Virus record (IMG/VR): IMGVR_UViG_3300043447_000100
Span: 96,001-160,000 of that record
Source: a virus
Taxonomy: Duplodnaviria > Caudoviricetes
Reading direction: 5' to 3' (one strand)
DNA length: 64,000 bases
The notes below the pieces were generated by a model. It did no database searches, had not been told where the DNA came from, and saw only the letters and a list, made by a program, of their open reading frames with translations. Position numbers and translations under genes: made by a program. Shown piece by piece: positions 1 through 10,349 of the stretch; the first letter of the stretch is position 1, and every line of letters begins with the position of its first letter.

Positions 1-2
1 TC

Positions 3-557
3 GCAGGCGCACTCAAAGACGCCGCCTCATCAATCTTTGGCTGGGACAGAGAGATGGTCGAAGGCTCAACAAAAGCCTCAAGAGAGTGGCGAGAGCAAGT
101 AGACACATGGTGGGCACAACGCTTAGGTATGCCTCATCTAACGCCGCGTTGGGTGCTACAAAACTGGGGCACCGAGTTGTTCAGAAATCACTTTCATCAG
201 GACATCTGGGTAGCATCAGTAGAGAACAGGCTCAGACAATCTAAGAACGATGTTGTTATCACTGATGCCCGCTTCGCAAATGAGGTCTATGCTATCAAAA
301 ACAGCGGTGGCACTACAATCCGTGTGACAAGAGGCCCGCTACCCGACTGGCATGATGCGGCCGTAGCGTACAACAAGGGCGAACTTCGCAACACAAAGTG
401 GGCAGTATCTAAGCGAAAGCTAGACGAACTAGGCATTCATGCCTCGGAGTACAGTTCAGTCGGTCTCAAATACGATCATCATATCGACAACAACGGTACG
501 ATTGACGACTTACACGCAAAGGTCAATCAGCTTCTAGGTCACCAGGACGCCACGTAA
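3..557 (+). CDS. Deoxynucleoside monophosphate kinase (T4 gp1-like), 5'-truncated by the window edge
   Basis: Frame is open from nt 3 (AGALKDAASSIFGWDREMVEG...). Motifs TPRWVLQNWGTE, VITDARFANE, HASE and IDNNGTIDDL are typical of phage dNMP kinases. Confidence 0.9.
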   Translation, partial: AGALKDAASSIFGWDREMVEGSTKASREWREQVDTWWAQRLGMPHLTPRWVLQNWGTELFRNHFHQDIWVASVENRLRQSKNDVVITDARFANEVYAIKNSGGTTIRVTRGPLPDWHDAAVAYNKGELRNTKWAVSKRKLDELGIHASEYSSVGLKYDHHIDNNGTIDDLHAKVNQLLGHQDAT

Positions 558-864
558 AATACTTGCGCTTCACAACCTCGACACAGTTGAGGCATACAGA
601 GCGCAAGTTCAACATAGCACTGTCGTTCAGGTTGCCGTTCAAGTGCCACACGGTCATCTGACTGCTGTAGGCCGATCTAAAGCCGCAGATATCACAAGCG
701 GCCTTCTTCTTATACCCGTCTAACTCCCAGCGCGGCTTCTGCGGCATCAAGTTCTTATTCTTGCGAATACAACTATTACATCGACTGCGATAGTATCGTT
801 TATCGTTGCGATAGTACGCAGGCGCTCTTGGATTCTTATTACAGACGGTACACATTGGTCTCAT
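523..864 (-). CDS. Zn-finger / HNH-like small protein
   Basis: Four CxxC pairs and VWHLNGNLNDSAMLNLRSVCLNC, a degenerate HNH core. Start chosen as ATG 864, 5 nt after a minus-strand ATAAATA box (870-876). Confidence 0.65.
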   Translation of the reverse strand: MRPMCTVCNKNPRAPAYYRNDKRYYRSRCNSCIRKNKNLMPQKPRWELDGYKKKAACDICGFRSAYSSQMTVWHLNGNLNDSAMLNLRSVCLNCVEVVKRKYFTWRPGDLEAD

Positions 865-984
865 AAGCGTATTTATGATCAACTCTACTAGTAGAGGCTG
901 ATATAGACCATTTTTGACAGCTTTACGCTAAATATCAATAGTGAAATGATTCACACATTTATTTAGACATAAAGGAAACAAAAA

Positions 985-3900
985 ATGGCACTAGTATCTC
1001 CAGGTTCCCAGGTAACGATTATTGATGAAAGTCAATACTTACCAGCCGCGCCAAACTCTATTCCACTAGTTATTCTAGCTACAGCACAAAACAAAATCAA
1101 TGCTAGTGGCACAGGTGTAGCTTCTGGAACAACAAAAGCCAACGCTGGCAAGCTATATCAAATCACAAGTCAGCGTGATTTGGTTACTTACTTCGGTAAC
1201 CCATTCTTCTACAAGACAACAAACGGTACACCTATCCACGGTTACGAATTGAACGAGTACGGCTTACTAGCTGGTTACTCAGTTCTAGGCAGCACTAACC
1301 TAATATACGCTCTCCGCGCAGACATTGACTTAGGTGCTCTAGTAGGCAAGACAAGTCGCCCAAGCAGTGCTCCTGCTAACGGCGCATGGTGGTTAGACAC
1401 TGGCTCAAGTACATGGGGCGTATTTGAATTCAACGCTTCAACAGGCGCTTTCACAGCCAAGTCACCAATCATCGTTACATCTGAGAACGATATTGACGCA
1501 AGTGGCGCACCACGTTCAAGTTTAGGCGTTGTTGGTAGTTATGCTGTTGTTCTAACAACTACAGCAGGCGCACCAGACAGTTACTCAACTTACTGGTACA
1601 AGTCACAAGACGCATCAGTTACACCAGCTACAACAGCTTGGGTAGCAATCGGTTCACCTGAATGGCAAGGCGCATGGCCAGTCGTTCAATCAACAGTAAC
1701 TTCACCAGCACTAACTGGTACTACTGCTGGTAATCTAGTAATCTCTAGAAACGGCGTTACAGCTACAATCACAGGTACAATCAATGACGGTTCAAGTGGC
1801 ACAGTTGCTGGTCGTGTTCTAACAGTAACATCAGTTGCGGCTGGTGCTACTGCTCTTCAAATCGGCACACTAATCACTGGCACAGGCGTTCCAGCAGGCA
1901 CATACATTGATGCTCTAATCACTGGTACAGGTTCTACAGGCACATATCACTTGAGTCAAAGTGCTCTAGTAAGTGCAAGCGTTGCGCAAGTAACAGCAAG
2001 TATCGGCGCCGCAGGTGCTAGTAGCAACACACTAACAGTAACTGGCGTTACAAGTGGTGCTCTATCAGTAGGCACACTAATCACTGGTACTTCAGACACA
2101 GTTGCAGCTACGGCACTAGCAAGTGGCGTTACATACACTATTAGCGCAGTCGGTTCTACTGACTGGACAAGTTTAGGTGCTACTGCTAGTTCAACATTCA
2201 GTGCTATGACAAGTCAAGGCGGCACAGGTGCTGCAGTTGTTACAGCAGTTCAGATGGTTGTTACTTCTACACCTTCAAATTCAGGCACAGGCATTTTTGG
2301 TCCAGGTCGCTATGTAACTGGCGGTACAGTAAACAACGGCACATACATTATTCAGCAAGACTGGAAGTGGACATCAAGTAGTCTACAGATTGCAGCAGCC
2401 GCAACAGCAGGTGATACACAACTAACACTAAACGCTGTTACAGGTCTAAGTGTAGGTGACTTAGTTCTAGCACTAAACAACGCTGGTACATCAGTTGTAG
2501 CAGGCATCCCAGCTGGCACAACAATCACCAACATTGCTGGTAGCGTAATCACATTGAGTAACGCAATCACAGCAGGCTTCACTACTACAACAGAGTTGAC
2601 ATTCTACTCACCAGTAACATCAACAACTACTACCGGTCTAGGCGGCCGCGGTATCTACAAGTTGAGCAGTCAAGTATCAGGCACAGGTAACGCACCTGTA
2701 GCAGGCTTCGCAATTCAACCAGCACCAGGTACACAGTTCACAACAACAAGTGCTGGCTCACCTACTTCTGGTACAGGTACAGCAACTATCTCTATTGCTA
2801 GTGGCACATACATTACCGCTCTAGGCACAGGCACTGGCGGCGCCGGTACTTACACTATCTCTGGCTCCCCACAGTATGTTCCTGCTGGTACAGTAAACGG
2901 CTACAGAAGTTCATTCAGTGGTCAACACGCATCACTAATCAGTTTAAGTAGCGGCAACACAATCGCGGCGATCATTACTGCTATCAACGCGGCACGAGTA
3001 CCGTTCCTAACAGTAAGACGCATTGACAATCGCATCAATATGTACGTAACAGATGCGGGCGGCGAGATCAACATCGGCGGCGACTCAGTAACACTAGAAG
3101 CCCTAGGCATCACTGGCGGCGTAAAACGTGCTCCAGCAATCGCTTATGGCACTAACGCTAACCAGCCACTATGGAGAACAACAGACAGTACACCACGCCC
3201 AACAGGCAGTGTATGGGTCAAGACTAACGCTGTAAACGGCGGCATGAGTCTATCTCTAGGTCAGTACAGTACAACAACCGGCGCTTACGCAAGTAAGTCA
3301 GTTACTATTGCTACAAGTGATGCAGCAGTAAACGCGGCACTAGACAGTACAGGCGGCAAGAGTATTCCTCTAAACACAGTGTATGCTCAGTACAACACAG
3401 CACAAGGCGCACCACTACAGTTGTTCTATCGTGCTCAAACCGGCGCAAGTGCATTCACAGGTACAGTAAGTGCTCCTACAGGCTTCGTTGACGGCTCACA
3501 AATCGGTGTTCGTGTAAGTTCACCAGGTAGTAGCGAACTAACTGCTACAACAAGTGTTTATGTTGTAACAATCAACGGTTCAGCAACAGCTAGTGCTAAC
3601 GATGCTACGACATTCGTTGACGCATGGTTGGCAGCTAATATCCCTTACACAGACTGCTACACAGACAGCATCACTGGTGCTATCGTTATCGAGCACACTG
3701 AGGGCGGCGTAATCATGTTGTACGATTCACCAAGTTTGAATTCAACAACTGCAGCGATCCGTGCCGCGAGTCCACTAGATATCGCCGGCTTCACGCCATA
3801 TATGTTTGACGCCGCAACAGGCACATCAACAGGAACTCCAGGTGCCAAAGAAGGTGAATATCAGACAGTTAGTGCTACTGTTCGTTTAGGCATCACAGGT

Positions 3901-5793
3901 ATTCTAGCAACAGGCGGTACAGGTTCAGGCGCAACATTCACTTTGACAACAAGCGGTTTCACACCTACATTTGGTGTATCTGCAGCAGGCGCAGCCTATG
4001 TTGTTGGTGATGTGCTAACAGTTACATACAATGGCACAAACTTCGGTGTCAAAGTAACTGGCGTAGATGGTTCAGGCGGCGTATCAAGCGTAGTACACGC
4101 AAGTGGCGTAGCAGTACCAGAGTACGCAGTTCAACTAAGTGCTTGGGAACAGTTTGAATACACAGCAGACGACACTGAGCCAGTAGAGAATCCAGCTGAT
4201 GGCACCTTATGGTTCCACAGTGTAGTTAACCAAGTTGACTTGATGGTTCAAGTAAACGGCTCATGGGTCGGTTACAGAAACGCTCAGTTCGGCACAAACG
4301 GCATCGCATACGGTACAGGTTCAAACGCAATCTACTCTAACGGTGTAATCGTAAGTGCTAGTGAGCCAGAGCAACAACCAAGTGGTAGCGATCTAGTAAA
4401 TGGCGACATTTGGCTAGACAGTGGCGACTTAGAGAACTACCCAATGTTATATCGTCGTGCTACAGTTGACGGTATTGCACAGTGGGTCAAGATCGATAAC
4501 GCAGATCAAACAACTGAAAAAGGTATCGTATTCGCCGACGCTCGTTGGGGTTCAAGCGGCGCTATCGACCCAGTCAATGATCCTATCCCATCAATCGTAA
4601 GTCTAACAACAAGTAATTATGTTGATCTAGACGCACCTGATGCTTCCTTATATCCACAAGGTACAATCTTGTTCAACACTCGTCGTAGTGGCTACACAGT
4701 TAAGAAGTTTGTAACTAAGTACTTTACATCAAGTGCTTACCCAGACGCAGGTGACTACAACTCATCAGCACCTACAAACATCGCTAACCGCCCAGCATTT
4801 GAGTACGCATGGGTAACAGCAAGCGGCAACAAGAGTGACGGTTCACCTTACATGGGTCGCAAAGCACAACGTGCTATGGTAGTAAAAGCAATGAAGGCAG
4901 CAGTTGACAGTAGTAGTGAGCTACGTGAAGAAGCAACATTCTACAACTTGATCGCCGCACCTGGTTACGCTGAACTACAGCCTAACATGATCACCTTAAA
5001 CAATGATCGCAACAACACTGCGTACATCGTTGGTGACACACCACTACGCTTAGCTAACGATGCTAATGCGTTGACAGCATGGGCAACTAATGCTAAGGGC
5101 GCTACAGGCACCGGCGACGACGGCTTCGTAACACGCAACACATACTTGGGCGTTTACTACCCAAGTGCTATCACAACTGACCTAACCGGTAGTGAAGTTG
5201 TTGTACCAGCATCACACATGATCTTACGTACAATGATTTACAACGACACAGTTGCTTATCCATGGTTCGCTCCAGCCGGTATGCGCCGCGGTGCTATCAA
5301 TAACGTGACTAACATCGGTTATATCGACGCGGACAGTGGTGAGTTCCAAACAACTAAGAACCGTGTTGCTCTACGTGACGTTCAATACAGTAACTTCATT
5401 AACCCAATTGCTTACTTCCAAAACGTTGGTATCTTGAACTACGGTAACAAGAACAGTTACGACAGTCAAAGTGCTCTAGATCGTACAAACGTTGCTCGTC
5501 TAGTATGTTACATCCGTGACAGACTACAAGTAGCTGTACGTCCGTTCATCTTTGAACCTAACGATGCGCAAACACGCAGTCAAGTACGTGACGTAATCGT
5601 TACCTTATTCGCAGACATTAAAGCTAAGCGTGGTATCTATGACTACCTAGTTGTTTGTGATGACAGTAACAACACTGCGGCTCGTATCGACCGTAACGAA
5701 CTCTGGATCGATATTGCTATTGAGCCAGTCAAGGCTATCGAGTTTATCTATATCCCAGTTCGTATTATGAATACCGGCGAGATCGGTGGATAA
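985..5793 (+). CDS. Contractile tail sheath protein (gp18-like) with large insertions, 1602 aa
   Basis: N-terminus MALVSPG..I.DES. C-terminal sheath motifs PWFAPAG, INPI, RTNVARL, FIFEPND, VVCDDSNN and IEPVKAIEFIYI. AAGGA RBS. Confidence 0.95.
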   Translation: MALVSPGSQVTIIDESQYLPAAPNSIPLVILATAQNKINASGTGVASGTTKANAGKLYQITSQRDLVTYFGNPFFYKTTNGTPIHGYELNEYGLLAGYSVLGSTNLIYALRADIDLGALVGKTSRPSSAPANGAWWLDTGSSTWGVFEFNASTGAFTAKSPIIVTSENDIDASGAPRSSLGVVGSYAVVLTTTAGAPDSYSTYWYKSQDASVTPATTAWVAIGSPEWQGAWPVVQSTVTSPALTGTTAGNLVISRNGVTATITGTINDGSSGTVAGRVLTVTSVAAGATALQIGTLITGTGVPAGTYIDALITGTGSTGTYHLSQSALVSASVAQVTASIGAAGASSNTLTVTGVTSGALSVGTLITGTSDTVAATALASGVTYTISAVGSTDWTSLGATASSTFSAMTSQGGTGAAVVTAVQMVVTSTPSNSGTGIFGPGRYVTGGTVNNGTYIIQQDWKWTSSSLQIAAAATAGDTQLTLNAVTGLSVGDLVLALNNAGTSVVAGIPAGTTITNIAGSVITLSNAITAGFTTTTELTFYSPVTSTTTTGLGGRGIYKLSSQVSGTGNAPVAGFAIQPAPGTQFTTTSAGSPTSGTGTATISIASGTYITALGTGTGGAGTYTISGSPQYVPAGTVNGYRSSFSGQHASLISLSSGNTIAAIITAINAARVPFLTVRRIDNRINMYVTDAGGEINIGGDSVTLEALGITGGVKRAPAIAYGTNANQPLWRTTDSTPRPTGSVWVKTNAVNGGMSLSLGQYSTTTGAYASKSVTIATSDAAVNAALDSTGGKSIPLNTVYAQYNTAQGAPLQLFYRAQTGASAFTGTVSAPTGFVDGSQIGVRVSSPGSSELTATTSVYVVTINGSATASANDATTFVDAWLAANIPYTDCYTDSITGAIVIEHTEGGVIMLYDSPSLNSTTAAIRAASPLDIAGFTPYMFDAATGTSTGTPGAKEGEYQTVSATVRLGITGILATGGTGSGATFTLTTSGFTPTFGVSAAGAAYVVGDVLTVTYNGTNFGVKVTGVDGSGGVSSVVHASGVAVPEYAVQLSAWEQFEYTADDTEPVENPADGTLWFHSVVNQVDLMVQVNGSWVGYRNAQFGTNGIAYGTGSNAIYSNGVIVSASEPEQQPSGSDLVNGDIWLDSGDLENYPMLYRRATVDGIAQWVKIDNADQTTEKGIVFADARWGSSGAIDPVNDPIPSIVSLTTSNYVDLDAPDASLYPQGTILFNTRRSGYTVKKFVTKYFTSSAYPDAGDYNSSAPTNIANRPAFEYAWVTASGNKSDGSPYMGRKAQRAMVVKAMKAAVDSSSELREEATFYNLIAAPGYAELQPNMITLNNDRNNTAYIVGDTPLRLANDANALTAWATNAKGATGTGDDGFVTRNTYLGVYYPSAITTDLTGSEVVVPASHMILRTMIYNDTVAYPWFAPAGMRRGAINNVTNIGYIDADSGEFQTTKNRVALRDVQYSNFINPIAYFQNVGILNYGNKNSYDSQSALDRTNVARLVCYIRDRLQVAVRPFIFEPNDAQTRSQVRDVIVTLFADIKAKRGIYDYLVVCDDSNNTAARIDRNELWIDIAIEPVKAIEFIYIPVRIMNTGEIGG

Positions 5794-5802
5794 TAGAAAT
5801 GG

Positions 5803-5828
5803 TGGAAGACAGCGAAAGCTGTCTTCCA
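5803..5828 (+). other. 11-bp stem-loop with GAAA tetraloop between sheath and tube genes (stabiliser or weak terminator)
   Basis: TGGAAGACAGC-GAAA-GCTGTCTTCCA; the U-tract is poor. Confidence 0.7.
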
Positions 5829-5833
5829 TTCTA

Positions 5834-5841
5834 GATAAATA
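5834..5841 (+). promoter_or_regulatory. Putative late promoter box GATAAATA (T4 TATAAATA-like); representative of about 20 copies
   Basis: The same (G/A/C/T)(A/C)TAA(A/G)TA box lies upstream of structural genes at about 928, 7621, 8410, 9704, 13026, 13860, 14148, 16398, 17997, 26693, 35857, 39144, 39439, 39896, 40748, 42676, 49511, 53844 and 58089, and on the minus strand at 870, 35823 and 58083. Confidence 0.8.
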
Positions 5842-5861
5842 AGATTAACAGGAGAAATAAA

Positions 5862-6500
5862 ATGGCTTTAACAGGCGCAAGTATTCTAAACGCAATGTCA
5901 GTACCAGGCTCTGACGGTACAGCAGGCGGCAAAGTCGGCTTACTAATGCCGAAACTACAATATCGCTTTCGTGTGATTTTCACTAAGTTAGGCTCTGATG
6001 ATAAACCATTAGAAGTAACTAAGCAAATCATCGATATCGCACGACCAAACGTATCATTCCCAGAAATTCCAATTGAGATTTACAACAGTCGTGTATACTT
6101 ATCAGGTAAACCAACTTGGGAACCAATTACATTCAACGTTCGTGATGATGTTGATGGTAACGTTGCTAAGCAAATCGGTAATCAAGTTCAGAAACAAATG
6201 GACTTCCAAGAGCAAGCAAGTGCTGCCGCTGGTATCGATTACAAGTTCTCAATGGGCATTGAGATCCTAGATGGTGGTTCAGGCGCATCAGTAAACGTAC
6301 TAGAAAAGTGGGAACTATATGGTTGCTACCTAAGTGCTGTAAACTACAATGCTCTAAACTATGCTACAAACGAACCAGTAACAATCAGTTGTACAGTTCG
6401 TTACGATAACGCTATTCAGTATGATGGTACAGGCTCACGTATCGGTGACGCTGGTTACAACTTCGGTCTAAGCGTAGCAGGTAGCGGCATTACATCTTAA
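5862..6500 (+). CDS. Tail tube protein (gp19-like)
   Basis: Directly after the sheath gene. Motifs PKLQYRFRV, RPNVSF, YLSGKPTWEPIT, WELYGCY and LNY...ISCTVRYD. Confidence 0.9.
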   Translation: MALTGASILNAMSVPGSDGTAGGKVGLLMPKLQYRFRVIFTKLGSDDKPLEVTKQIIDIARPNVSFPEIPIEIYNSRVYLSGKPTWEPITFNVRDDVDGNVAKQIGNQVQKQMDFQEQASAAAGIDYKFSMGIEILDGGSGASVNVLEKWELYGCYLSAVNYNALNYATNEPVTISCTVRYDNAIQYDGTGSRIGDAGYNFGLSVAGSGITS

Positions 6501-6509
6501 TAGCACAAC

Positions 6510-7622
6510 ATGGCAGGATTCTTCCAGCAGTACTTAGGCGGGGTGATCGAGGGGGCAACCAATCCACCCAACCTAAGAACTTACGAACACGCATCAAAGA
6601 CGTTTACAACAAACGGCTATCAAAATGCGCCCAAGCTGAAGTTCCTGTTTCATGTATACTTTGAAATCAATGACGCATTACTAGGCACAAACTCTGCCGC
6701 TTTTCCCGAAGCGCACTTGCCTGGTCTTCTTGTAAAAAATATCACCTTACCTAAGTACAACGTCACTCTAGCAGAGATGAATCAGTACAATCGTAAGCGT
6801 TACATTCAAACAAAACTCAACTACGATCCTGTCTCTATCACATTTCACGATGATGGTATGAACGCTGTCAAGCACGTGTGGAATAGTTTCTACAACTACT
6901 ACTACAACGATGCGGGTACTGCTTCAGCAAACAAGACAACGATCAATACACGAAACACATACGAGAACGCTCTAGGTAATCAACAAAACTGGGGTTACTT
7001 AGGCGAGCCTAGTACATCAGCCGCCGCCGGTGCTGTTGGTCAACCTAAGCCTGCATTCTTCAAGTCAATCAAAATCTACGGCTTCAATCAACACAACTAC
7101 AGTCTTTACACCCTAATCAACCCTATCATTGAACGCTTTGAGCATGATACATATGATTACTCACAAGCAACGGGCACGATGGAGAATCGTATGACTGTTC
7201 GTTACGAGACTGTAACTTATGAAGACGGTGCGCTCAGTGGTACTAATCCAGGCGCTAAAGTTATGGGCTTCGGCAAGTCAGAAGTATATGATACAACACT
7301 CAGTCCTATTGCTCGTCCTGGTAGTAACGCTACTATCATGGGCCCTGGTGGCTTAGTAGATGCAGCAGACGGTATTGCTAATGATATCAGCAACGGTAAC
7401 TGGTTAGGCGCGGCAATCAAAGCTACAACAGCAGCCAAGACAGTCAAAAAGATGGATCTATCAAAAGCACTTACACAAGAAGTTGTTGGTGTTGCTGTAT
7501 CGGGTCTAAACAATGCGGCCTCATCGGTTGTTAATGGCAGAGTATTCCCAGCACTAACAGGCACTAAGACAGCTAACGGCTCAACACCAAGCAATCAATC
7601 TCCTACTGCTACTGTTCCTTGA
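6510..7622 (+). CDS. Tail-tube-fold baseplate / tube initiator protein (gp48/gp54-like)
   Basis: Tube-like motifs (LVKNITLPK, YDPVSITFHDD, MTVRYE) and position next to the tube gene. Confidence 0.55.
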   Translation: MAGFFQQYLGGVIEGATNPPNLRTYEHASKTFTTNGYQNAPKLKFLFHVYFEINDALLGTNSAAFPEAHLPGLLVKNITLPKYNVTLAEMNQYNRKRYIQTKLNYDPVSITFHDDGMNAVKHVWNSFYNYYYNDAGTASANKTTINTRNTYENALGNQQNWGYLGEPSTSAAAGAVGQPKPAFFKSIKIYGFNQHNYSLYTLINPIIERFEHDTYDYSQATGTMENRMTVRYETVTYEDGALSGTNPGAKVMGFGKSEVYDTTLSPIARPGSNATIMGPGGLVDAADGIANDISNGNWLGAAIKATTAAKTVKKMDLSKALTQEVVGVAVSGLNNAASSVVNGRVFPALTGTKTANGSTPSNQSPTATVP

Positions 7623-7644
7623 TAAATATCTGCTGGAGAATCTT

Positions 7645-7974
7645 ATGGCAGATCAAGTCAACATCTTAAACAACTTCTACAAAACAAATCTATCAATCGA
7701 TGCGGCAACATACGATATTGTATTCTCATTCTTTGCTGAGCGTACATCAAATTCAAAAATCGCAAACACATTTACTGAGAACTTGTTTAGAGCATCAGCA
7801 CAATCTGGCGTTGATGTCATGGAGTTGCTAGAAGCATTTGAAGACACTGATAAACTCAGAATGACTTTAACCTTAGCATACTACTTGAACACATTCAGTG
7901 ACAAGACAGTAATGTATGGCGTTGCTAATGAGATTCAAGCAAATCAATTTGTCACTCGCAACATCATTAGATAA
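7645..7974 (+). CDS. Hypothetical protein in the tail/head cluster
   Basis: 109-aa ORF with GGAG RBS and an upstream late box; translationally coupled to the next gene. Confidence 0.7.
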   Translation: MADQVNILNNFYKTNLSIDAATYDIVFSFFAERTSNSKIANTFTENLFRASAQSGVDVMELLEAFEDTDKLRMTLTLAYYLNTFSDKTVMYGVANEIQANQFVTRNIIR

Positions 7975-8405
7975 TGGCATTCGCTCAGGGAATTTATGAA
8001 ATAAAGAACCCGCAAAAATATGTGGGACTAGGTAAGCCTCGTTATCGTAGTGGCTGGGAACTTACTGTAATGATGTTTTTTGATAGCAATCAAAATGTAG
8101 TTCAATGGGCAAGTGAGTCAATTAGAATCCCTTATAGAAATCCACTAACCGGCAAACAGACAATTTATGTGCCGGACTTTTTTGTGATGTATCAAGATAA
8201 AAATGGCATGAGAAAAGCAGAATTGATCGAGGTTAAACCCTTAAAGCAGACATCAATTCAAGAAGCTGGTCGTTCTAGGACAGCCCAAGCCGCCGCAATA
8301 GTTAATCAAGCAAAATGGCAAGCGGCTAATGCTTGGTGCAAGAGAGCAGGAGTATCGTTTAGAGTTATAACCGAAAAAGATATTTTCAGAAACGGTGGCA
8401 AATAA
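7974..8405 (+). CDS. Head completion nuclease (T4 gp4 / TnsA-N-like)
   Basis: NPQKYVG, YRSGWE, QWASE, IPY.NP, YVPDF, LIEVKP, NQAKW.AA and ITE motifs. Confidence 0.9.
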   Translation: MAFAQGIYEIKNPQKYVGLGKPRYRSGWELTVMMFFDSNQNVVQWASESIRIPYRNPLTGKQTIYVPDFFVMYQDKNGMRKAELIEVKPLKQTSIQEAGRSRTAQAAAIVNQAKWQAANAWCKRAGVSFRVITEKDIFRNGGK

Positions 8406-8423
8406 ACAGCTAAATATAGCACT

Positions 8424-9164
8424 ATGTTTATTCAAAATAAGTATTATGGCATTTATACTAGATTGATTGCCAGAGCAACCTCACGACAGTTGACTACCAG
8501 AAACGAAGCAAAAAGCATTTTGGGCTACGTTGAGCGACATCATATTATTCCAGTTAGCATGGGTGGCAAAGACTCTTCCGATAATCTAGTTTTTCTAACT
8601 CCTAGAGAACATTTCGTTTGTCACATGCTTCTTGTTAGAATAACCTCAGGTCAGAATCATAAAAAAATGATTTTTGCCATGAATAAAATGTTAAATTCTA
8701 GTGATAATCAACAACGACATAACCCAACATCACATCAATATAAAAAAATGAGAGAAGATTTTTCTAAGCACATCAGTGAGATCAATTCCGGAAAACTAAA
8801 AGGACCACACTCTGAGGATAGAAGAAAAGCATTATCATTAGCTTCTAAAGGAGTTCCAAAATCAGAAACTGCGGTTTTGAATATGATTAAATCTTGGAAT
8901 AATGAGGAACGAAAACAAGCATTGATCGCAAGAAATAAGCAATCAAATACACTTCATAAACTTTGGGAGAATGAATCCTTCAGAAACAAAATGGGTTCGT
9001 CCGCAAGCAAGCGAATGAAGGAAAAATTATCTAATCCAGATGTACTTAAAACATCCGTGAATAAATTGAATAAAAGTGTTGAATGTGAGCATTGTCAGCA
9101 AACCATGAATGTGGGCAATTACATCAGATGGCATGGCGAAAAATGTAAAGAGAGAATTATATGA
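8424..9164 (+). mobile_element. Free-standing HNH homing endonuclease with NUMOD3-like repeats
   Basis: YVERHHIIP.SMGG.D...NLV.LT.REH..CH.LL, HSEDRRKALS, C-terminal CEHC...RWHGEKC. AT-rich relative to its neighbours. Confidence 0.85.
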
Positions 9165-9712
9165 CCAGACAGCTACAGGAACTTTTTAACTTACCGGATG
9201 ATTCAGAATCCGATGACATGGCTGATAGTCCTAAAATCAAAGAAGATATACCTCAAGAGTTTGTAACTCCAGAGATGCTTAGCGAAATCGAAAAGATTGA
9301 GCAAGCACTACCAGCAGTCAAGGGACTAGAAGCCTCTGACCAAGAGATGGACGAACTTAGCCTGGCTGCTAAGGGAGCGTTTGACAATCTCATGGACCTG
9401 GGTATGCAAGTAGATTCACGCTTCGCAAGTGAAATCTTCAACTCAGCAAGCTCGATGCTAGGTCACGCCATCACTGCGAAAGTAGCTAAGACTAACAAGA
9501 AACTGAAAATGATTCAGTTACAGCTACAGAAGGCCGACCTTGATCGTAAAATCGCATATCAAGAGCAGAAAAACGCACCCCCAGCTACGCCAGACGTACC
9601 CCTAGGTGAAGGTCAAGTGCTTGATAGAAACGACTTGATCAAACAAATTCTAGCGCAAAGTAAGGCCGATGCTGAAGCGGCGCAATCTAAACCGCCTGAA
9701 AATGATAAATAA
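9161..9712 (+). CDS. Putative terminase small subunit
   Basis: Helical 183-aa protein with a coiled coil and a C-terminal DRNDLIKQI motif; located in the head-packaging neighbourhood. Confidence 0.45.
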   Translation: MTRQLQELFNLPDDSESDDMADSPKIKEDIPQEFVTPEMLSEIEKIEQALPAVKGLEASDQEMDELSLAAKGAFDNLMDLGMQVDSRFASEIFNSASSMLGHAITAKVAKTNKKLKMIQLQLQKADLDRKIAYQEQKNAPPATPDVPLGEGQVLDRNDLIKQILAQSKADAEAAQSKPPENDK

Positions 9713-9734
9713 GATATAACTGGAATATTCCCCT

Positions 9735-10340
9735 ATGAAATCATTTCGTACATACTTAATGGAAAGCGCAAGAACCTACAAATACAAAATCAAGGTTGCT
9801 GGCGATGCTCCTAAAACATTCATTCAACTCTTCTGTGCTAATCTACAGAAGTATGACCCTGTATCAATCGGTGAGGCTAAATCAACGCCGATTCAAAGTG
9901 ACCCTTACGGCTTTGAAGGCCTAAAAGATCAGTCAGTCACAATGTTCGACGTTGAGTTCAAGTACCCAGCTACTGAAGCAATGATCAAACAACTAGCCAA
10001 GCTACTAGGTCACGACGAGAACTTAGTTCGCATGATCGGCGCAGACGGCAATGAAACATTCGCAAACGAGTTCGATGGCTTAGCTAAGCGCAAGAGTCCA
10101 CTAATCGGCAATGATGAACTAGAAGAACAACCAGGCGCAAAAGAAGCCGCTAAAGAATACGGCGAAAGCTATCTATCTCGTATTCGCAAGCAACGTGAAG
10201 AAGATAAAGTATCAACAGGTTACGAAGGCAAGAAAGAAAAATCTGCGTTCGACCCACTAGCTCCTAAAGATGAGAAGTCAATGAGTCCTATGAGCAAGAT
10301 CAATCGTCCTGCTAGACCAGCAACCGGCGCTAGAAAGTAA
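9735..10340 (+). CDS. Putative internal head protein (N-terminus MKSFRTYLME)
   Basis: N-terminus resembles the T4 capsid-targeting sequence; late box at 9704. Confidence 0.55.
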   Translation: MKSFRTYLMESARTYKYKIKVAGDAPKTFIQLFCANLQKYDPVSIGEAKSTPIQSDPYGFEGLKDQSVTMFDVEFKYPATEAMIKQLAKLLGHDENLVRMIGADGNETFANEFDGLAKRKSPLIGNDELEEQPGAKEAAKEYGESYLSRIRKQREEDKVSTGYEGKKEKSAFDPLAPKDEKSMSPMSKINRPARPATGARK

Positions 10341-10349
10341 GGAACTAAC

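Noticed and set aside
1275-3848. Several short minus-strand ORFs inside the sheath gene, and similar ones throughout the window
   Set aside because: Fully overlapped by confident plus-strand genes and lacking motifs; codon-bias artefacts.
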